Virus record (IMG/VR): IMGVR_UViG_3300025162_000046 | Span: 9,816 to 73,815 of that record | Direction: 5' to 3' (one strand) | Length of the DNA: 64,000 bases | Origin: a virus | Shown: positions 58,669-64,000 of the stretch, piece after piece | How the letters are laid out: each line of letters opens with the position of its first letter | How positions within the stretch are numbered: position 1 is the first letter of the stretch | Notes under the pieces: generated by a model | What the model saw: only the letters and a program-made list of their open reading frames with translations | The model's database searches: none | What the model was told of the DNA's origin: nothing | Program-made: the position numbers and the translations under genes

Positions 58669-60133
58669 ACAAGATTATCCGAGCAACGCTGATTATTACG
58701 ATTCCCGCGGGAGAAAAAAAGCAATAAAAGGAGGAGAGCAAGCGGTGATCGCAGCTGAATACCGGCTGCTCAACGCCGTTATTCATACTCCGGATTATCT
58801 AAATGATAGTCGTGTTCACGAAGGACTATTCCCCCACGAAGTAGCGAAATCTATTTTCCGAGCCATTTGTGATCTGAATGTAGAAGAGATTCCGATTACC
58901 GAAGCGAGTCTATTCCAACGCGGCAACGAAGTGGATTTCAATGTTACGACGGAAGTTATCAATCAAGTCTTCTCTGTTGCTGATGGCGCTGAGAAACTCG
59001 ATGACATAGTCAAGACTCTTGGTAAGCAAAAACGCAAAATGGATATCATTGAAAAACTCAATGAGGTTGTTCGCGTCGCAAATGCAAAAGGAGAACTTGA
59101 CCTAATCGATCTATCGGCTAAATTGTATGATGTGGAGGAAATACTTTCGGGAACTTATGATAAGCAAATAATGCAGGATTTCGATACTTGGTTTGAAAAG
59201 TATTTACTCGATATTGATCAGCGCTTGCTCGGCAAGAAATATTCCTACGGTGATGCATTGCTTGATGAAGCATTAGTGAAGGGCGCATACCCCGGGGCTA
59301 TCACCACCATAGCAGGATCCACAGGACAAGGTAAATCTGCGTATGTATTGAATCTGGTGAATCAAATGGTCAACACCGGCGTTCCTTGTATTTATATTTC
59401 CCTTGAAATGTCCGGGGTGGATACTATGGATCGTTTAATCTCATTACGCAGAGATATCCCCACCAAAGCGTTATATGATGTTGAGGCGTTGCCGGACATC
59501 AAGAAGCAAGTGGAAGAAGAGCGACAGAAATTAGCAGCAAACAAGTTATTCTATTTCGTAGAAGACCCGAGTATGTCGTTAGGACAAATCAACGCGTTGA
59601 TCAAAGAATTCAAACAGCGCACGCATTCTGAGTATGTGTTGGTTGCTATCGATCTTGTCACTCAGTTACAAGACTTCACTAAACTCGCAAGTGGAATGAA
59701 TCTGGCTAACACTTATGAGATGGCGATGAATAAACAAAACATCATAGCCAAGGCGCAGAATTGTCATTTCATTGATGTGGTCCAATTCAATCGCGAGGCT
59801 GATAATGTTCGTATTACTGCGTTTGAAGATTTGGATGACCCCGCGCTCAGACCTATGTTGAACAATATCAAAAATGCTCAGGCTATCGCAGAGCGTTCAA
59901 GAGCAGTCTTGGGATTGTTCAGGCCAAAGTATTATGCGGATCGATATTTGAGTGATGCGGACGAAGTCGAATATATGAAAGATGTTTTGGAAGTGCAAGT
60001 ATTAAAGCAGTCAAATGGTGTCACTCCAAAACTCAAATATCTATATGAGGGTGAGATATTCCGAATTTCGCCCTTAGTAGAAGATCCGAATGATCCTGCG
60101 GTTACTTCAAGCGAGGATAAATTGCAATACTGA
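58658..60133 (+). CDS. dnaB: Replicative DNA helicase (DnaB family)
   Basis: AGSTGQGKS, YISLEMS, VAIDLV, VQFNRE. Confidence 0.9.
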   Translation: MNNEQDYPSNADYYDSRGRKKAIKGGEQAVIAAEYRLLNAVIHTPDYLNDSRVHEGLFPHEVAKSIFRAICDLNVEEIPITEASLFQRGNEVDFNVTTEVINQVFSVADGAEKLDDIVKTLGKQKRKMDIIEKLNEVVRVANAKGELDLIDLSAKLYDVEEILSGTYDKQIMQDFDTWFEKYLLDIDQRLLGKKYSYGDALLDEALVKGAYPGAITTIAGSTGQGKSAYVLNLVNQMVNTGVPCIYISLEMSGVDTMDRLISLRRDIPTKALYDVEALPDIKKQVEEERQKLAANKLFYFVEDPSMSLGQINALIKEFKQRTHSEYVLVAIDLVTQLQDFTKLASGMNLANTYEMAMNKQNIIAKAQNCHFIDVVQFNREADNVRITAFEDLDDPALRPMLNNIKNAQAIAERSRAVLGLFRPKYYADRYLSDADEVEYMKDVLEVQVLKQSNGVTPKLKYLYEGEIFRISPLVEDPNDPAVTSSEDKLQY

Positions 60134-60196
60134 TAGTTGGGTATCAACTATCCCCGCGTTATGCCACTAATTAGTTCTGTAAGGGGGTATACCAAC

Positions 60197-61048
60197 ATGG
60201 AAAGTGGCATGACGATCACCCGACCAATACTTGCTGAGGCTCTTACTGCAAACGACTCACTTATTCCTCCACAACATAAGGCAGCTTATGATCGAGCGGA
60301 AGCAGAGTGGGGAGATACAGCAACAACCAACGCCGGTGAATACGCGGTCATAGCCGCGGCTCAGGCGGGGGAAGAGAGTGCCAAGTTATTCCTCTTACAA
60401 AAAGCCCTATCCAATGGCAGTATCCAAAAAACCCTATGGAAATTCCTCGGACCAAATACGAACTTTCAACGCATGCGTATTTCCCAAGGTGATACGGCTA
60501 TATATCGCTCTATTGTATCGGAGTCCCTTGAACAAATTCTTCTCAGATGGAATCTTGACACTACTACTACCAAAGAAGACTATTTTTCGAATTTCTTCTT
60601 CCAAGTTGCCTCTCGTATCAAAACGAATACCAGCCGGTATAACACTGAGCAAAATCGTGGCGGTATGAGCGGCAAAGTTATGAAAGGTGAGGAAGAACCG
60701 AATATCGGGTCTTATGAGGTCTATACGGATAAAGATAAAAACCATGTTGAATCTCATCACGATCCTTTTAGAGGCTCAGAAAACCTCGATGCTTGGCAGA
60801 CTTTTGTTGATGACCCAGAACTTGACGCAGGCAAGTCACCAACAATGCGAGAAGTGCTCAAACATGTTCTTAGCGCGGGAACTTTTGATACAAAAGCCGC
60901 AGGTCAAAAATTCGGCAAATCCCATGTCACTATCTATGGGAAATTAAGATCCATGAAGGGCGTTTTAGAGTCTCACGGCATTAATGATGCTGCTTTTATG
61001 GACTTAATGCAAACTCACGGGGCTAAGGGTCTATCAGAAACACTGTAA
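60197..61048 (+). CDS. Sigma-70-like protein
   Basis: VIAAAQAGEESAKLFL (region 1.2/2 start); FSNFFFQVASRIK; C-terminal HTH DTKAAGQKFGKSHVTIYGKL; ATG 60197 after AAGGGGG. Confidence 0.55.
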   Translation: MESGMTITRPILAEALTANDSLIPPQHKAAYDRAEAEWGDTATTNAGEYAVIAAAQAGEESAKLFLLQKALSNGSIQKTLWKFLGPNTNFQRMRISQGDTAIYRSIVSESLEQILLRWNLDTTTTKEDYFSNFFFQVASRIKTNTSRYNTEQNRGGMSGKVMKGEEEPNIGSYEVYTDKDKNHVESHHDPFRGSENLDAWQTFVDDPELDAGKSPTMREVLKHVLSAGTFDTKAAGQKFGKSHVTIYGKLRSMKGVLESHGINDAAFMDLMQTHGAKGLSETL

Positions 61049-61068
61049 ATTCCTATTTCTCCTCCTTT

Positions 61069-61099
61069 GAAACCTCTGAATTTTCAGAGGTTTCTTTTT
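61069..61099 (+). terminator. Rho-independent terminator
   Basis: GAAACCTCTGAA-TT-TTCAGAGGTTTC followed by TTTTT. Confidence 0.75.
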
Positions 61100-61127
61100 G
61101 CACTAATTAGATAGCGGAGGATTATAC

Positions 61128-62225
61128 ATGGCTAAGATTCTGGAAGACGGGGACAATCTTAATGATCAGATTGAACGCGTTGCAAATGTTGCACAGGAAG
61201 TAAAGACGGAGCATGAGGTCCCGTCTGGTTACATTTCAATTGAACTCTCGACACAAGGTCTTGTTGGTGCGCCTAAACTCTTTCATACTCGTAACTTTGA
61301 CACCGCGGATCTTATGAACCTCGCCCTCTCTGAGGATGAAGAACTACCCGAAAAGGTAGCAATGATGCTCGATAACCTGATTCTCGAAAAAGATGTTTCT
61401 GTAATGGATTTCCATGAGAAGGAAGTCGTTGAATTCCTTGTTCGTTTGTATCAGGCGTTTTATTCTAACACTCTCAAAGAAATTGATTTCCCGTGGAAAG
61501 ACGACGACATTGAATTTCTTAAAAAGCAATATGGTGGGGATACTGCGGTCGAATTCCAGACTCGATACTCAGACCTCAAACAAGGCAGGGAAAAGCCTAA
61601 GACGGATATCAACCTTGCGACGGTTGAGACTTACGATTTAGACTCGACTACTTTCAAAACAGATATTTTCCTTACGGAGAAGACCACGGGATTCAAAGCG
61701 GGATTTTCATTTCCCCGCTATGGTGATGTGGTTGTGCTTCGTAACTTCCTAATGCAAGAATTCCGCCAGAGAGACAAAGAATTCGCCAGCATGAAGGAAG
61801 TCTTGAAGTTCCGTGAGGATGCTAAGAAGCGGGTTAGGGAAGGCGAGGATATTGCTTTCAATCGCATCCCCAATATCCCAGAAGCGGAGCGAGAAAAATT
61901 CAAACAATATGAAACGGAGAAAGCCATTTTTACTATTGTGGCTATCAAAGCGTTGCACCTGATCAATTTTGAAGGGAATGATGTCTCCAAGTTATCTTTG
62001 AAAGAGAGAATGGAGCTCGCTCAGGATCCGCGACTTGACTATAAGATGTCAAAAGTGATGGATGAATTCTATAAGAAAATGCACATCTGCCTTAAAGAAC
62101 AAGTGAATATGAAAAACCCTTTAAAGGGGGTCGTAGAAGCGAGGGATTACTCATTTCGACTCGTGGATATACTTCAAGCCGTTAAGCTATACGAGCCTGA
62201 TGAATATAGCATTGACTTTGAGTAG
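61128..62225 (+). CDS. Baseplate hub/tail assembly chaperone (T4 gp26-like)
   Basis: IELSTQG...RNFDTADL...EFLVRL...FSFPRYGD; sits before the tape measure. Confidence 0.6.
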   Translation: MAKILEDGDNLNDQIERVANVAQEVKTEHEVPSGYISIELSTQGLVGAPKLFHTRNFDTADLMNLALSEDEELPEKVAMMLDNLILEKDVSVMDFHEKEVVEFLVRLYQAFYSNTLKEIDFPWKDDDIEFLKKQYGGDTAVEFQTRYSDLKQGREKPKTDINLATVETYDLDSTTFKTDIFLTEKTTGFKAGFSFPRYGDVVVLRNFLMQEFRQRDKEFASMKEVLKFREDAKKRVREGEDIAFNRIPNIPEAEREKFKQYETEKAIFTIVAIKALHLINFEGNDVSKLSLKERMELAQDPRLDYKMSKVMDEFYKKMHICLKEQVNMKNPLKGVVEARDYSFRLVDILQAVKLYEPDEYSIDFE

Positions 62226-62436
62226 ACATACTTCAAATAGTTTGACATCAATTCTTCCATTGCCGTTTCATTATGTGTTGGGATTATATAATACATTGGT
62301 GAAGGTAATGGAAGAAGAGAATAAGCAACAAAATGGCGGTGGAGATGGTGGAGCTGCTTCGGCGATGGGCGGATTTAAAATGCCAAGTTCTATGTCCTTT
62401 GCGGGGCCAAATGGAACATCATCTGTGAAGTTTTAG
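62200..62436 (+). CDS. gp51-like small hub assembly protein, or frameshift extension of the upstream gene
   Basis: SLTSILPLPFHYVLGLYNTLVKVMEEENKQQ; frame open from 62137; no clear RBS. Confidence 0.55.
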   Translation: MNIALTLSRHTSNSLTSILPLPFHYVLGLYNTLVKVMEEENKQQNGGGDGGAASAMGGFKMPSSMSFAGPNGTSSVKF

Positions 62437-62456
62437 GAAGTAAGGAGAGTTAGTCA

Positions 62457-64000
62457 ATGGCTGGTGACCCGAATCCCCTCGTGCCTCATACAGATAGCAA
62501 AGACGGGGTAACTCCATCCGTTAATACTCTCACCGAACAACAAAAAGATGTCTATGATCTTCTGCAAGGCCTGCTCGATGGTGGCGAAGGGGATGATGGA
62601 AGTCTTCGTTGGATGTTCGATGGGCTGCAAACAACTCTTGATGAAATCAGAGATGACTTTGAAGATAGTCTCCCCGGATCGGATCTCTTAGGAGGATCAG
62701 GCGCCGGTGGGGGAGGGAGTCTTTCTGGTAGCACCTCGGGTGGTGGCTTCCCCTCTAAACCTATTAAGGTCACGCCAAAAGAAAAGCCGACTATCGCAGA
62801 TATGATGCAATTACCTGTCGAGTTTTCAATGGGCTACTTGCTCATATATAATAAACTCGATGAAATGCAAAAAGGAAAAGTGGGAGGAGAAGAAGATAAA
62901 AAGAAAAAAAGCGGCGGTGGGATTGGAGGGTTTTTTAGCAATCTTCTGAAAGGTGCGGAAGGCATCGCCCTTATTGCTGTCGGGCTGATTGCTTTCGCAG
63001 GAGCAATGATTTTATTTCAATTTATTCAATGGGACCCCGCCTTAAAAGGATTAGTAGCCTTCGGCATATTTGTTGTAGCAATGGTGATTATAGCTAAAAC
63101 TCTCGGTGAAAATATGAAGGACTTTGAAACCTTCGCCAAAGGCGTTTTACTAATGACTGCGGGAATTATTTTATTCAATGTCGCTATTTGGATATCGGCT
63201 AAAATAGTTCCTTATTGGCCCGCGGCGCAGCAAACAATAATAGCCTTTGGTATTTTCGTAGGCCTAATGGTCATAGTCGCTGCTGTTCTTGGCAAGGAAT
63301 TAGCAAACTTCGAAAAATTTGCCTTAGGCGTTTTACTAATGACAGCGGCTATAATACTATTTGATATTGCAATAATAATAACAGCGTTAATTCAACCCTT
63401 TGTTCCTGGTGCTATGGAAGGGCTAAAACTTTTTGGATATTTTGTTGCTGGCGCGGCGGTTTTAGCCATTGTTTTAGGGACACTGATTGAGCCCTTTGTT
63501 TTGATGGCGGTAGCAATTATTCTTTTAGATGTCGCGCTACTTCTTTTTGCTTGGGTGATCAAAGAATATTCAAAATTATTGCCTCTGATACCTGCGGCCA
63601 CGGAGGCAATTAAACAATCAGGAATACTTCTCGCACAGATTGCAATCGTGGCCCTGTTGGCTATCCCCTTATTGGTTCCTATTGCGACTCTCGCTGCTGC
63701 TTTGCTTATTATCGCAGTATCTTTTCTTCTTTGGGGTGCTGCGCTCGCAGTAATGGCGGCTCTTACCCCTCTGTTTCCTCTTGCCAAGAAATCTATAGAG
63801 GACTCTCTTCAATTATTAGAGTCTATCGCTATAATGGCTGCCGCAAGCATAGTTCCGATAGCCGCATCTATTGTTTTTGGAGCCTCATTAATTGTAATTT
63901 CTGTTGGATTTATTTTATGGGGTGGGGCTCTTGCTATAATGGGGGCGGTATCTAAATTGGTCCCCCCTGCATTAACCGGGATATCTCAGTCACTCGTAAC
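62457..64000 (+). CDS. Tape measure protein, N-terminal part (runs off the window; absent from the ORF track)
   Basis: AAGGAGAG RBS, ATG 62457 MAGDPNPLVP...; open to the window end; long Ala/Leu/Ile-rich hydrophobic repeats (FAKGVLLMTAG / FALGVLLMTAA). Confidence 0.75.
   Translation, partial: MAGDPNPLVPHTDSKDGVTPSVNTLTEQQKDVYDLLQGLLDGGEGDDGSLRWMFDGLQTTLDEIRDDFEDSLPGSDLLGGSGAGGGGSLSGSTSGGGFPSKPIKVTPKEKPTIADMMQLPVEFSMGYLLIYNKLDEMQKGKVGGEEDKKKKSGGGIGGFFSNLLKGAEGIALIAVGLIAFAGAMILFQFIQWDPALKGLVAFGIFVVAMVIIAKTLGENMKDFETFAKGVLLMTAGIILFNVAIWISAKIVPYWPAAQQTIIAFGIFVGLMVIVAAVLGKELANFEKFALGVLLMTAAIILFDIAIIITALIQPFVPGAMEGLKLFGYFVAGAAVLAIVLGTLIEPFVLMAVAIILLDVALLLFAWVIKEYSKLLPLIPAATEAIKQSGILLAQIAIVALLAIPLLVPIATLAAALLIIAVSFLLWGAALAVMAALTPLFPLAKKSIEDSLQLLESIAIMAAASIVPIAASIVFGASLIVISVGFILWGGALAIMGAVSKLVPPALTGISQSLV

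Noticed and set aside
63141-63345. Direct repeat GGCGTTTTACTAATGAC
   Set aside because: Explained by the protein-level repeat (GVLLMT) within the tape measure gene
1-64000. CRISPR array, tRNA or rRNA genes
   Set aside because: No regularly spaced repeat-spacer array or cloverleaf was seen by eye; intergenic gaps are short. A tRNAscan run would be needed to exclude tRNAs fully

Overview
A 64-kb segment of a large, T4-like/jumbo contractile-tailed (myovirus) phage genome, read in the standard code. It contains three gene groups. Replication and recombination: PolA N-terminal part, primase, DnaB, DnaC-like loader, putative clamp, SSB, 5'-3' exonuclease, SbcD and SbcC, class II ribonucleotide reductase, thioredoxin and Nudix. 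Tail and baseplate: sheath, three tube-like genes, wedge proteins, a 2548-aa baseplate/fibre protein, a fibre with an S74 chaperone, a hub chaperone and the start of the tape measure. Other: GroEL, a stand-alone response regulator, up to three sigma-70-like proteins, and many homing endonucleases or their remnants. Main unusual features: (1) nrdJ is broken at its N-P-C-G-E active-site loop by both a naturally split intein and a group I intron 6 nt apart; (2) sbcC is fractured by a second split intein with an endonuclease between the halves; (3) polA stops before motif B and ends in a degenerate half-intein-like tail; (4) a recurring ACTAATT(A/G) putative late promoter, plus a second TATATTAG class; (5) acidic putative head proteins or polyproteins sharing a DLGDxGDF peptide next to LxE-type cleavage sites; (6) a candidate +1 frameshift upstream of the tape measure. 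All calls come from reading motifs by eye; no searches were run.
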